From Candidatus Micrarchaeia archaeon (GTDB lineage Archaea > Micrarchaeota > Micrarchaeia > Anstonellales > Bilamarchaeaceae), in contig JBAZLI010000001.1 in the NCBI GenBank assembly GCA_041650355.1, positions 1 through 43,502 on the forward strand: a stretch of 43,502 bases of DNA, read 5' to 3'. Numbering within the stretch: the stretch's first letter is position 1; every line of letters starts with the position of its first letter. Below, piece after piece: positions 17,918-28,400 of the stretch. The notes beneath the pieces are model-generated. The model ran no database searches. It saw nothing but the letters and a program-made list of their open reading frames with translations, and was not told the origin of the DNA. The position numbers were made by a program, and so were the translations under genes.

Positions 17918-18057
17918 TGGTTTGCATTTAAGTGTCTTTTGGTGGTTTATCGTATAAATAGACCAAATGATGGTTTGCAGGCGCTGAATGAGCAAAAACG
18001 GATGGTTTGGGAAAAGCGCGCTGGAAAATCGTGGAAAGGGCGAAAGGGCTGGAAAAT
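17918..18057. repeat. Intergenic cluster of short direct repeats
   Basis: (G/A)TGGTTT(G/A) starts at about 17918, 17942, 17970 and 18002. GAAAGGGC occurs in tandem at 18033-18048. GCTGGAAAAT occurs at 18020-18029 and 18048-18057. Confidence 0.6.
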
Positions 18058-18068
18058 GCCAGAACGAA

Positions 18069-18076
18069 TTTAAATA
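18069..18076 (+). promoter_or_regulatory. TATA box of the antiporter gene (leaderless spacing)
   Basis: TTTAAATA is centred ~26 nt upstream of ATG 18098. Confidence 0.5.
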
Positions 18077-18097
18077 TTCCATTAAATAGAGAGATGC

Positions 18098-19897
18098 ATG
18101 GCCGACATGATAACCCAGCTCGGGCTGATTTTGCTCGCTTCGGTCGTTTTCATGCTGCTCGCGCTGAGGCTGAAGCTCCCGCCGGTGGTGGGGCTGCTGC
18201 TGGCCGGCGCCATAATCGGGCCGAACATGCTCGGAATAGTGGACCAGAGCGAATACATAAACATATTCGCGGACATAGGCGCCATACTGCTCCTGTTTTT
18301 CGTCGGCATAAAGTTCAGCGTCGGCAAGATAGCTAACGTCGGCCTGCGTTCATTCATAATATGGCTCGTGAAGGACGGCTTTGTTTTCATAGTGGTCTAC
18401 GAGGCCTCGCTGCTCCTCGGCTTGAACGGCCTGACTTCGATAATACTCGCATCCACGCTGGCCATTTCGAGCACAACTTTCTTCATCAAGCTCGTGGACG
18501 AGAAAAACGCGGCTGGAAGCCCTGAGGCGAACCTGGTGTTCGTGGTGCTCATAATAGAGGACCTGCTGGCGATATTCCTGCTCGCTGTTTATTCGGGCAT
18601 GACTACCGGCAAGACCGAGGACGGCGGGACCGTCCTGATATCCATCCTGAAGGCCACTCTGGTGCTCGCCGTAACCACTTACTTCGTGCTCCAGAAAGTC
18701 ACCAAGGTGCTCTTCGAAAGGCTGGTGCGGTGGAATTCCGATGAGGTGGTGCTGTTCTTCTCCATGAGCTTCGCGATACTGCTCAGCCTCTTCGCGTCTT
18801 ATATAGGACTCGCGCCCAGCATAGGCGCTTTCCTCGCTGGCAATCTCCTGTCCTCGGTGAAGGGGTTCAACGCAAAGACCCAGGAAACGCTCTCGAACTT
18901 CAGCATGCTGTTCTCGGCGTTCTTCTTCATCTCCATAGGCATGCTGGTGAACCCGGAATCCATGGTGCAAAACATAGCAATCATCGGCGTGCTGTACGTG
19001 CTCGTGACAGGGGGCGTATTCATGTCGACCTTTACCTCTTCCTACCTGCTCGGATACAAGGGAAGCTCCGCGGTGCGGGCCGGGCTTTTCATACTCGCAA
19101 TAGGGGAATTCTCGCTCCTGATAGCCAAGCAGACCAAGACCCTTGTCGCGCCTTTCGACATAGTCAGCGTGACTTCCGCGCTCGTGTTCCTCACCGCGCT
19201 GAGCGGAGGCATACTGATGCAGTACGACAAGGCTATAGACGTGTTCTTGAGGAAGTTCGCGCCGAGGAGGATATACGACTCGGGAAAGAGCATCTCGCTG
19301 TACCTGAACAAGGTGCTCGGGGAGTTCGAGCCGCCCCACGGCTCGGTTTACAGCACTTTCGCAAGAGAGGCCAGCAGGAGCGTGCTTGCACTCGTATTCC
19401 TGGTGATAATAGCCGGGTGCGCGATACTCGGGTACAACATCTCCAGGGACGTAGCGCCCGAGTACTCGGCTTACGTGGCAGGGTTCGCAGCGCTCGTGCT
19501 CGCGGTCCCGCTGGCTGGAATAATCCTTTCGGCGAAGAAGGTCGTAAGCAGCCTTGCGGGCGCGTTCCACCATGCTATGGGCGACGCACTGGACCTGGAC
19601 GACATGGCGATGCTGTACAGCGCGGTCGCGCTCTTCATGTTCATCGTGGCATTCATAATACCGCTGGCGGTGGCCTTCCTCAACCTGCCCAGCGTGTTCG
19701 GGCTGGTGTTCCTGGTTCCGCTCGTGCTTTCGCTGCTCTTCATATGGAATCTCGCGGTCACAGTGAAGAAGATAATGTTCAGGCAGTACGTGCACCATTA
19801 CGAGATGAAAAGGGCCAGCTTCAAGCCGCCGTACAGGCACATGATAGGCGAAATGAGGACGATAAACCAGCCGGTTTACAGGGGGCACAGGAAATGA
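18098..19897 (+). CDS. Cation:proton antiporter (CPA2 / Kef-type Na+/H+ exchanger family)
   Basis: 599 aa and more than 12 TM helices. The N-terminus LKLPPVVGLLLAGAIIGPNMLG and IGAILLLFFVGIKF are typical of Na_H_Exchanger proteins. I see no obvious TrkA-N domain; the C-terminus has extra TM helices. Confidence 0.85.
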   Translation: MADMITQLGLILLASVVFMLLALRLKLPPVVGLLLAGAIIGPNMLGIVDQSEYINIFADIGAILLLFFVGIKFSVGKIANVGLRSFIIWLVKDGFVFIVVYEASLLLGLNGLTSIILASTLAISSTTFFIKLVDEKNAAGSPEANLVFVVLIIEDLLAIFLLAVYSGMTTGKTEDGGTVLISILKATLVLAVTTYFVLQKVTKVLFERLVRWNSDEVVLFFSMSFAILLSLFASYIGLAPSIGAFLAGNLLSSVKGFNAKTQETLSNFSMLFSAFFFISIGMLVNPESMVQNIAIIGVLYVLVTGGVFMSTFTSSYLLGYKGSSAVRAGLFILAIGEFSLLIAKQTKTLVAPFDIVSVTSALVFLTALSGGILMQYDKAIDVFLRKFAPRRIYDSGKSISLYLNKVLGEFEPPHGSVYSTFAREASRSVLALVFLVIIAGCAILGYNISRDVAPEYSAYVAGFAALVLAVPLAGIILSAKKVVSSLAGAFHHAMGDALDLDDMAMLYSAVALFMFIVAFIIPLAVAFLNLPSVFGLVFLVPLVLSLLFIWNLAVTVKKIMFRQYVHHYEMKRASFKPPYRHMIGEMRTINQPVYRGHRK

Positions 19898-20364
19898 GAA
19901 GGACCAAGGAGGCAAGTTTCAGGAACGGGGACTGGTGGTTCTGGCTCAAGAACAGGAGCGTGCCCAGGGTCGCGTTCAACTTCGCGCTGTGCTCGCTTTC
20001 CATGCTGATTCCGTTTCCAGGAATCAAGAATGCCCTGTTGCGCCTCACCGGCATGAAGGTCGGGAAAAACGCGTTCATAGCGATGGGTGTCGCGCTTGAT
20101 ATTTTTTATCCGGAACTGGTTGAGATAGGGGAAAACGCGATTGTCGGGTACGGGTGCGTGATAAGCGCGCACGAGCTGCTGCCAGGGAAGCTCAGGGTTG
20201 GAAACGTGAGGGTGGGCGCGAGCGCCCTGCTCGGGACGCGGTCGGTGGTCCTCCCTGGGGTAGAAATAGGGGATGGGGCGGTGGTCGGGGCGATGAGCCT
20301 GGTGAACTCCGACGTGCCGGCGAAAGGCTTTTATGCAGGCGTGCCTGCCAAAAGAATGAGGTAA
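19894..20364 (+). CDS. Hexapeptide-repeat (left-handed beta-helix) acyltransferase, WcaF-like
   Basis: ATG 19894 overlaps the antiporter stop (ATGA). Hexapeptide repeats are visible (IGENAIVGYGCVI..., VGASALLGTRSVVLPGVEIGDGAVVGAMSLV). The longer upstream ORF portion from 19417 overlaps the antiporter and was rejected. Confidence 0.8.
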   Translation: MRRTKEASFRNGDWWFWLKNRSVPRVAFNFALCSLSMLIPFPGIKNALLRLTGMKVGKNAFIAMGVALDIFYPELVEIGENAIVGYGCVISAHELLPGKLRVGNVRVGASALLGTRSVVLPGVEIGDGAVVGAMSLVNSDVPAKGFYAGVPAKRMR

Positions 20365-20368
20365 TCGG

Positions 20369-20938
20369 ATGAATTTTCGCATACTCCTACTCTTGCTCAT
20401 AGGGGCGAACATGTTCGGCTTCCTGGTCGGGATGCTGACTTACTACGACCAGATGGTGAAAATCAGCCCGCTCCTGTGGATTTTCATACCTGACTGCCCG
20501 CTCTACGTGCTCCTCGCAAGCCTGTTCTACATAGGGGTTTTCAAAAACGACCTGCTCAGGTGCATAACCGCGATGGGGCTCCTGAAGTACGGGATATGGA
20601 CCGAGTTCGTGCTCCTTGGATACGGGAAATACATGGATTCCCAGGGATTCGGAATGCTCCTTGCAGTGGAGCACGTTGGGATGATATTGCAATTCTTCCT
20701 GATTTCCAAGAATTTCGACAAAAAAATACTGCTGCTCGCAACCGGATGGTTCCTGCTGAACGACTACATGGATTATGGGATTGGGCTGCACCCGTACGTG
20801 CCGAACATCGACCTTCAGCTTGTGATGGCGTTCACCATCGCGCTCTCGCTCCTGATCCCGGTATTCACTTACGCTACAGGAAAGTGGATTGAAAAGAGCG
20901 CGTTCATCGCCAATGCAAAAAGCCTTATAGGAATCTAG
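20369..20938 (+). CDS. Integral membrane protein, DUF1405-like
   Basis: 189 aa with about 5-6 TM helices and a PDCPLY motif. The family assignment is from memory only. Confidence 0.45.
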   Translation: MNFRILLLLLIGANMFGFLVGMLTYYDQMVKISPLLWIFIPDCPLYVLLASLFYIGVFKNDLLRCITAMGLLKYGIWTEFVLLGYGKYMDSQGFGMLLAVEHVGMILQFFLISKNFDKKILLLATGWFLLNDYMDYGIGLHPYVPNIDLQLVMAFTIALSLLIPVFTYATGKWIEKSAFIANAKSLIGI

Positions 20939-21468
20939 AGCCTCCTCAGATTCTTACTCTTTTCACTTGGCATTATTTCCAGCTTCCCGGAAAAGCGCGA
21001 GGAAAATGCCCTGGAAAGCTCCCTTCCCGCCATAATCCTGTCGAGCGCTACTGCCAGTGCAGCGACTTCGCTGTGCGGCTGCGAGGTTACCGCGACATTG
21101 TAATCCGCGATTCCGTAGAAATCCGCAGGCACCTGCTCTGCGCCTACTATTACCAAAAGGTTGAGGCTTTTCCTGAGCTCATCCTCTTTCTCCTGGAGCG
21201 GGATGCCGTACATCGTGAGATGCGCTATCCTGTATCCGGACTTCTTGTACTCCTTTGCGGTCTTGAGCGGATTCTTAGAATACTCGGCCGTGAAATCCCC
21301 GCCCCAGTTGGAAACGATTTTCTTCACGCTGTCCTCGAAGCCTGAATCGTGCTGGCCCGCGTACACCAGCTTGTCTGCTCCGAACGCCCTTGCCACGAGC
21401 GCCACATGGGTAGTTATGCGCTCGTCCCTCGGAAGCCTGTGGCCAAGTCTCAGCACAACCAGCATCAC
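20935..21468 (-). CDS. trm56: tRNA (cytidine56-2'-O)-methyltransferase aTrm56 (SPOUT)
   Basis: The N-terminus VVLRLGHRLPRDERITTHVALVARAFGA is the hallmark of archaeal Trm56. Length is ~175 aa. The ATG at 21465 overlaps the upstream stop. Confidence 0.85.
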   Translation of the reverse strand: MMLVVLRLGHRLPRDERITTHVALVARAFGADKLVYAGQHDSGFEDSVKKIVSNWGGDFTAEYSKNPLKTAKEYKKSGYRIAHLTMYGIPLQEKEDELRKSLNLLVIVGAEQVPADFYGIADYNVAVTSQPHSEVAALAVALDRIMAGRELSRAFSSRFSGKLEIMPSEKSKNLRRL

Positions 21469-22034
21469 ACCAGCCTTTTCACTGCAAACGTCCCGTCCTT
21501 TCCCTGCACGAACGAATAGCCCAGTCCGAGGTACTCCTTCTCAGTCTTGTTCCCGCGCTCCCGTATCATTTCCGAAATGTTCCCTTTCCAGTCCGGGCTT
21601 ATGAGCGCTATCGCGTACTGGAACCCCGCTGCCCGCGCGGCCTTCTCGCGCTCGGCCGTGAGCATCCTCCTTATCCCCCTGCCCTCGTACGCGAGAAGGA
21701 GCGCCACGTCCTCGAAATAGAGCGCGTTGGGCTCTGCATTGCTCATCGCGGCCTTTTCCCCGTCGAAGTTGGTGGGCCACGCCAGGCCTGCGCCTACGAG
21801 CATCCGCTCCACGTAAGCCCCGTAGCTGAATCCGGATTTTATCACTTCCGCGGCCTGCTGTTCGGTCGCTTCCCACAGGGTTTTCAGCATTATCCTGTGC
21901 ACGTCTTTCGCGTCCCCGCCTTCAAGTTTCTTTATTTCCACGCTCTCGAAGTCGCTGAGCAGGTCCATTTTCTTGAGGCGCATCGCCTCCGGCTCCTTCT
22001 GCTCAACTGTTTTTTCCTTGAATGGCAGGCTCAT
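21465..22034 (-). CDS. GNAT-family N-acetyltransferase (putative)
   Basis: 189 aa with an acetyl-CoA motif A-like segment, LLLAYEGRGIRRMLTAEREKAARAAGF. Confidence 0.55.
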   Translation of the reverse strand: MSLPFKEKTVEQKEPEAMRLKKMDLLSDFESVEIKKLEGGDAKDVHRIMLKTLWEATEQQAAEVIKSGFSYGAYVERMLVGAGLAWPTNFDGEKAAMSNAEPNALYFEDVALLLAYEGRGIRRMLTAEREKAARAAGFQYAIALISPDWKGNISEMIRERGNKTEKEYLGLGYSFVQGKDGTFAVKRLV

Positions 22035-22071
22035 GCTGATAAATTCCGTGGAAAAGGTTTAAAATGACTAA

Positions 22072-22395
22072 TCAGGAGAACCTCGTGTTGCAGGCCGGGC
22101 ATCGGAGCATGTAGTAATCCGCCCTATACCCGCATATCGGGCACACGTAGATTGTTTTCTTGGCGCGCGCGAGCTCGGCCGCGAAATCGTACTTGCACTT
22201 CACGCACCTTTCCACGTCCAGCTCGTTGAGTTCTTTGCATTTCGGGCATTTCTTCTTGAACATGCTCTTCACGTGCACGCCGCAGTGCGGGCAGCGCTCT
22301 ACATCTAAAGTTATTTCTTTTCCGCAATTCGGGCATTTGGCCTTCCAGCCCTTTCCGCCGGTTTCCTTGCCAGTTACAAGGTCCATCAAACCCAT
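22072..22395 (-). CDS. Triple zinc-ribbon protein
   Basis: 107 aa with three CxxC...CxxC pairs (CPNC/CPHC, CPKC/CVKC, CPIC/CPAC). It starts 11 nt after the stop of the giant gene. Confidence 0.7.
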   Translation of the reverse strand: MGLMDLVTGKETGGKGWKAKCPNCGKEITLDVERCPHCGVHVKSMFKKKCPKCKELNELDVERCVKCKYDFAAELARAKKTIYVCPICGYRADYYMLRCPACNTRFS

Positions 22396-22406
22396 GGGAA
22401 CCCCCG

Positions 22407-25400
22407 CTACTTACCCTTTGGAGACTGGGTTATTGTCGGCTTTGCAGATGCAGCAGGCTGCGCCGAAGGCGTTTCTGCTTGGGGCGGTTGGGGCGGCCTG
22501 GATTTTGGTTGGACTAGGTTCACCATGTTTATTTCAAAATCCGGCATGCGCGAAGCAGGTTGCTTGAAAAGCTCTTCGTTGTCCAGCGAGCCGATTCCCA
22601 TGTGGGCAAGGTAGGAGCGCTTCTTTTCCCTTTCAGACTCGTACTCGTAAGCGAGCCTGGCTGAATCGTAGGCCGCAGACGCCTTGTACAGGGCGCCCAC
22701 AGGAGCGCTTTGTTCTATGGCAGCGCTTTCTTCTTTGGAAGGCTTGTGCCCGTGCACCAGATTGAAGCCGGCGCGCGTGTAATCCGCACTTTCCGGGTTC
22801 GAAACAGGGCCGCTCTTGCCCACTGTCACGGGCGCAAGCGTTTCCCCAGCTGGAGAGGAAAGATTGATTGTAAATGTCTCGGGGGCAGTTACAAATTCAA
22901 CCGCAGAATTGAACAGTTTCCGGTCTTTCAGCCGTTCTGCAAGTATCGCAACGTCCACGGCGGGCTTGGGTTCAGGTTCGGCTCCCTTAACCGTTTTGGC
23001 TTCCTTGACCAAGTTCGCCAGCAAGAACCTGTCCCCGGCATCGTCCCTTTCCAAGCGCCTCCCCCTGGAACCTTCGAAAACAGTGATTTTTTCTGGTTCG
23101 AGACGAACCGGGACATCGCCTGATTGCTCTCCTTTATCGGTGTAATTCTCCGTAACTATCGTCCTTGCAAGCGCCTCGGGTTTTGGGAGCTGGCCTCTGG
23201 AATTGAGGTTTACCGCGCTGGCCAAGGCGTCGCGATGGGAAGAGTTTTTTAGGTCGTATTGCTCGCCACCAATGTAGATAATTGGAGGTTCTTCTGGTTT
23301 AAGGTATTGGATTTCCACTTCGGGCCCAACTACGAGCTTATCTCTTTCATATCTGTAGGATTGGGCGTGGAACTGCGGTGAAATCGAAATTGGTTTTGCT
23401 GATTCGCTTTTCGGATCGAGCATCTGCTTGAGAATATCCCCGAAAGTGGGAACTCCCGCAAGCTTGGGCGCAAATAAATCGGTCTTCGGCATTCCGGCAG
23501 CTGAAAGCACGCTCTGTATAAGTCCGGAATTCTCGGCCTTCAGTTCCTCAGCGTTCTGCCACTCCGCCTTGCCTTTCGCATCCTGAGGAACGAGGAATTC
23601 CAAAATTCCGCCATTATTCCTTATTCTGACTTCCGATTTTTCATCTGGCTTAGAATTATCCAGGGCGATATCTACGGCCATTTCCAATGAAGTGGTCTGG
23701 GCAGACTGGTTCACTTTCTGTTCTATCCGCGCAGCAGCGGAGTGTGGAACCGAGTAAGTGATAGTTTCTTCGTGCGCGTCCGAAGCGTGCTTTTCCATAT
23801 ACTTGCGCGCAGCGTCGCGCGCCTCGTCCTTCAGCATTGCCGCAGCCATGTTCGGGGCATTTTCCGCAAGCCATTCCACACTCAAGTAGTTTTGGAGCGC
23901 TGCCTTATCTTTCTTCTCATCCCCGTAATTCCACATCCTCTGAGCCATGTGGGCGTTCGCAGAAGTGTAATCCGGTTCGGCATGACGCTCCACTGAAAGT
24001 TGTTGGGAGAGATACTGCTCTGGCTCCTTTTGGAGCGGTACGATGTATTGCTGGCTTCCTGACGCCTCGGTAAGTTTTTTGGAAAGCTCTTTCGCACTTT
24101 GCGTTGAATACAACACGCTGTCGGCGAGACCGTGGCTCAGTCCATAGAGCGCTGCCTGCAACTTAGAGTCCTCGTCCTTTGTCTGCTTCATGGCCTGATC
24201 AATAGCGCCAGTAAGATTTTGGGGGTTTTCCTTTATGCGCTCGTCATAAGTATTGAAGAATTCCTTGCTCCTAGTGCGCATGCCGTCTTCAATTTGTTCT
24301 ATCCGATTTCCTATCTCGATTTTTGAGAATCCCTGTGTCTTCAATTCCTGCTCTATGGCTGTTTGTTCGTCCTTTGTCAGGCTGGTCCTGAAGAAGGCGC
24401 TGAACACGGCAGTTTCGAACTTGGTCCTCTGGGTTTTAGGCAAACGCGCCCCCATTGCAAGCAGATCAACAAAGGTTGTTACGATCTTCTGATTTACGCG
24501 GGTTTCGGATATGCTGTGGTTTGCGGCATCGGCCATCATGCGACCGACGGTTTCGGAATCTTTTTCATCCAGTTGCTGAGACATAGATTTTACCAAACCA
24601 TCTATGACGCTTCTAGCGCCCTCGTTCGGATAAGAATAATCCGCCTTTGCTTGCCCTGCCGTGACAAGCTGCTGAACAAGCGCCTCAGAAGCTTTTTGGA
24701 ATTCCTGGTAGCTGATGCCGCGGGACTGTAGGAAGGACCTTGATTCCTGCTCGAAAATAATCCTGCTTTGTTCTGCCGGGCTGGCAGTCAATATTTCATC
24801 CACGCGCTTCTTTAGCCCGGATGAAACCGCGTCAAGTGCCGGGCTTTCTATTCCAAGGGCTTTCTGGGCTACAGACAACTGTTCGAACTGCCTGATTGTT
24901 ATGGGCTCCTGCCTCATGAGGCTGAATGAAATCCTGGCAAAATTGGCTTCGGTTTCGTTCAGCTTGGCAGTTGCTATTTTTGACTCCAGTTCGCTCTGTG
25001 CAGGTATTTTTTCTGCGACGATGTCTTTTATTATTGAGATGAGGGGCTTGCTCGCTTTGCTACGCACTAAGGAAGCGTTCAAAACCGAACTTTCCAGTCT
25101 GAGCTCGGGTTTGATGAGCAGTTCTGGGAGCATGATTTCATTCAGCACAGGAGTGGCTTCCTGCCTCGCCTTCTTGAAGTTCTCTGAGAAAACGTCGAAC
25201 GCCTGCGCAACCTGACCCAGGTAAAGCCCGTGCTTTTTCGCATACACTGCAGGATCAGCCAGGAAATCCCTGATTTTTTCCGAATCGGCAATTCCGTCTT
25301 TGCCAATGAGTTTTGCATCGCGCATTATTTTCTCCGCCTGTGCCTCGTTCATGCTCCGATTGTATATTTTGTTTGCGACCGAAGATGCGAGCATGGTTCC

Positions 25401-28400
25401 GAATATCGAGCCCACGGCAGTAGTGGCGAACACGCTGCCGAACGCCCTGCCGAAGGAAAGTCCCTGCATGTACGCCCTCTGGTTCAGGAGCTCCTGCGCG
25501 ACCCGGTAAACATTATCGCTGACCATCCCTGAGCCGCCCTTATTCGTTTGATTATAGCGCATTTGGAGGGCTTCTAAATGGGTGATTGGGTCCTCCCCCG
25601 CCTTAATCCTAGCCAGTTGTTCGGAATTTAACTTCTCTGGTGTCTGTTTTGCCTCGATGAGTTTCTGGTTGACGTCTCGGTCTATGCTGTTCACAAGGCG
25701 CACTGCTTTTACCGTGTCCTTCATTTCCATCAGGCTGGAGAATCCAGTCAGCGCAGTGATGAACCTGAATATCTGCCTTGAGAAGCTGGCTTGCTCCTGG
25801 ACACGTATTTTCCCGCCTTTTGCAAGGGACGCGATGTAAGTGGTTCCCCTTGGGCCGGCAAGAGTTATGCTCCTATTACTTTTCAGCCCCAGATTGCCAA
25901 GCTCGCTGCGCTGCTTGTCCGAGAGCTTCACGCCTATTGCTCCCAGCTGTTTTTCAATCTCCGTAGTATCCCCATATGCAACGGATTTCTTCCTGGCCGC
26001 GTCCATGCTCTGATAGACTATCCCTGCGAGCGAGCTGAGCGCCGCGCCCCGCATTCCCAGGAATCCCAGCATGCCAATCCATCCTGCTCCTGCTCCGGTT
26101 CCCATGCCGAACTGACGCGCCATGTTCGGATCCACCCTGAGCTGGGATGCTGCGGAATCCTGGACTTTTGAAACCGGCTTCGCTGGCCCGCCTTGCGCAA
26201 TCTTCGCGCCTGCGGCGGATATGTCCCCGCCGAAAAGGGTCATCGCGAGTCTGCTGCCCAGGCCGACGCCCTTGGATTCCGCGCTGGGCGCAACAAGGTT
26301 CTTTATGTTTCTGAAAGGTGCGGATTCCTGCTTTATTGTCTGCTTCACGAAGCGCACGAAGAAGCCCGGGCCTTTTGCCTGCGTTCCAGCGGCTTGCTTG
26401 CCAGCACCTGCGTCCTGTTTTGAGGCGGCCGCGCTGTCTTTTGATTTGGACTTGTCGCCCCCTATTCCGAAACTGGCGATTCTCCCCATCGTCTTGCCGA
26501 CGCTCATCATCGTCTTGCCTAAGCCGCTAGTCGGACCGGCCATCGGCTTCACTGCGGAACTCCCGACTCTGGTTCCGACTCCGGCCATGGTCTGGGTGCT
26601 CACCCTGAACCCAGTCATCATCCCCCTCGGGCTGTACCTGATGTGCCGCCCTACCCTGAGCGGGGAAAGGTCCAGGAACCCGAACGGGTTCCGTCCTGTG
26701 TAGTAAAGCGCGGCCATGAGCAGGCCGAAGAGTATGAATATCGGTATACACAGGCTCTGCTGGAGCTGCGCGTACAAGTCCTGCGCATCCGGGGATATGT
26801 CTATCTTCTTCAGCGCAGGGAGAAGGTAGTGCCTTTCCATGCTCGCCTCGGGCTGGTTGGGCATGGTTGGTATGGTGTCCACGCTGTAAATCCCGTTGGC
26901 GTCCCTGTACGCATCGTCAACTCCAGAAGCGTTGAGGCACATCTCGAAGCCGCACTCCTCGTAGAAACAGCAGTATATGAAAGAGTATTCTTTCCTAGCG
27001 TCCTTCCATCCAGAATAGTCTAAATAAGCTACGCCCTGGCCGTCGGTCACTATCTTGGTTAGGTACCTGTCAGTTGAATTCCGTATCCAAACGGCTATTG
27101 GCGCTCCAGGGACAGGCTGGCGCGTGCCGGTGCTCGCGTTGTCGAAATACAGCACTGCTTTTATCTTGTTCGCGCCGGACTGCGTGGTGAGGAGTATTGT
27201 GCTCGGATCGAAATCGTTCACGTTCTCGCACTCGTCGCAGCCGGACGGGTGGCCGTTCACAATCACGGTGCGGTATCCAGTCCCATCGTAATTCTCGGCA
27301 GAATCCAGGGCGAACACGCGGTAGCGGAACTCCCCGTTGCCGAGCTTCACGTTTATACTGCAATATTGGAATGCGCCGGAATTGGTGGGCTCGAAGCTCA
27401 TGTTGCCCATGAGCTCAGAGCTTGTCTGGTTCCAGACTTCAATTACGCAAGCGGATATGAAAGTGTGCCTGTTGTTGTCGCTTGCGCTCAGGTTGAGTGT
27501 GAAGGTGCTGGAATTCACGGTTTCGCCGTCGTAGGGATTGTAAATGCGGCTCTTGGCCTGGGAGCGCTGGCCGAACTCTATAGTGGGAACCGTGCGGTCC
27601 ACGCAGAAGTAGGCGGGTTTCGAAAGCTTGGAGACTGTGGGTGCCGGCGAATAGGAGCAGTTCACCACGAGCGGGTAGCAGCCTTCGGCGCGCGCGGTGC
27701 TTATGCCCCCTATGCCCACGGTCTCGTTCACGCCCAGCGAATCCGAGCCGGAGAGCGGCGGCATCAGGTGGCATGCGTAATTACCTGGAACCTTAGTGAG
27801 GATGGAGAACGTTATGAGCTGGTTCGGCTCCTGCGTCGCGGCTACGTATTCCTTGCGGTCGTAGCGCTCCCTTGCGTCCAGAGCCCTTCCGTTCATCGAG
27901 TCAGGGCGCACAGTGAAATCCGAGCCCTCGTGCACCGCGAGCGGGTGGGAATCGTTAAGATATTCTCCTGCGGCCACGCTGGGCGGATAGTCGCAGAAAC
28001 AGTCTCCGTCAAGGTTCTCGCACGTGTCTGAAACTCCGGTGCTGCTTGAGCTGGTCCACGCGTTCCCGCCTTTCGTGCCGCAGCCCAGTATGTTGGTACC
28101 CCCGGAGGGAGTTATGCTCGCGGCCATGTCCGTGCTTTCGTTGTCCACGAAAACCCTGCAGTCGTTGAAACGGTTGTCGTAAAAAGACGAATGGGAGCAG
28201 TTGAATAGCGACATGCACGTTCCTGCCATGGAGAAGTTGTTGCTCCACAAATCCGAGTCCGGGCAATCGAAAAGCTGGACTGCTCCGTCCCAGAAGTTCT
28301 CCATCACCGTGTTCCTGCTCACCACGAGGCGCGGGGAGTAGGAGGCGAATATGCCTGCCGCAAGGATGTTTTCAGGCTCGAACTCCGGGTTGCCGTATTT

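Noticed and set aside
17967-18010. Possible C/D-box sRNA (ATGATGG ... CTGA)
   Set aside because: The C-box is imperfect. No terminal D box (CUGA) occurs at the required distance, and no terminal stem is present.
17918-18057. CRISPR array or mobile-element terminal repeats
   Set aside because: The repeats are only 8-10 nt, irregularly spaced and imperfect. No cas, transposase or integrase genes or target-site duplications occur anywhere in the window.
17894-18082. 62-aa minus-strand ORF and 109-aa plus-strand ORF (18007..18336) in the tfe-antiporter spacer
   Set aside because: No promoter or RBS context supports them. The compositions are odd (W/F/P-rich, or Arg/Ala/Gly-rich), and the plus-strand ORF overlaps the antiporter start. 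The region is treated as non-coding.
19417-19893. N-terminal 159 codons of ORF 19417..20364
   Set aside because: They overlap the antiporter coding region in another frame and are Arg/Gly-rich. The acyltransferase homology begins after ATG 19894.
18350-19915. 521-aa minus-strand ORF
   Set aside because: It is antisense to the CPA2 antiporter. The protein is highly charged and His/Arg/Glu-rich, consistent with a shadow frame.
26511-26537. Walker-A-like GPTSGLGKT in the giant protein tail
   Set aside because: The spacing is G-x5-GKT, not G-x4-GK(S/T). It lies in a Gly/Met/Lys low-complexity region (GKTMMSVGKTMG follows) and there is no Walker B or other NTPase motif.
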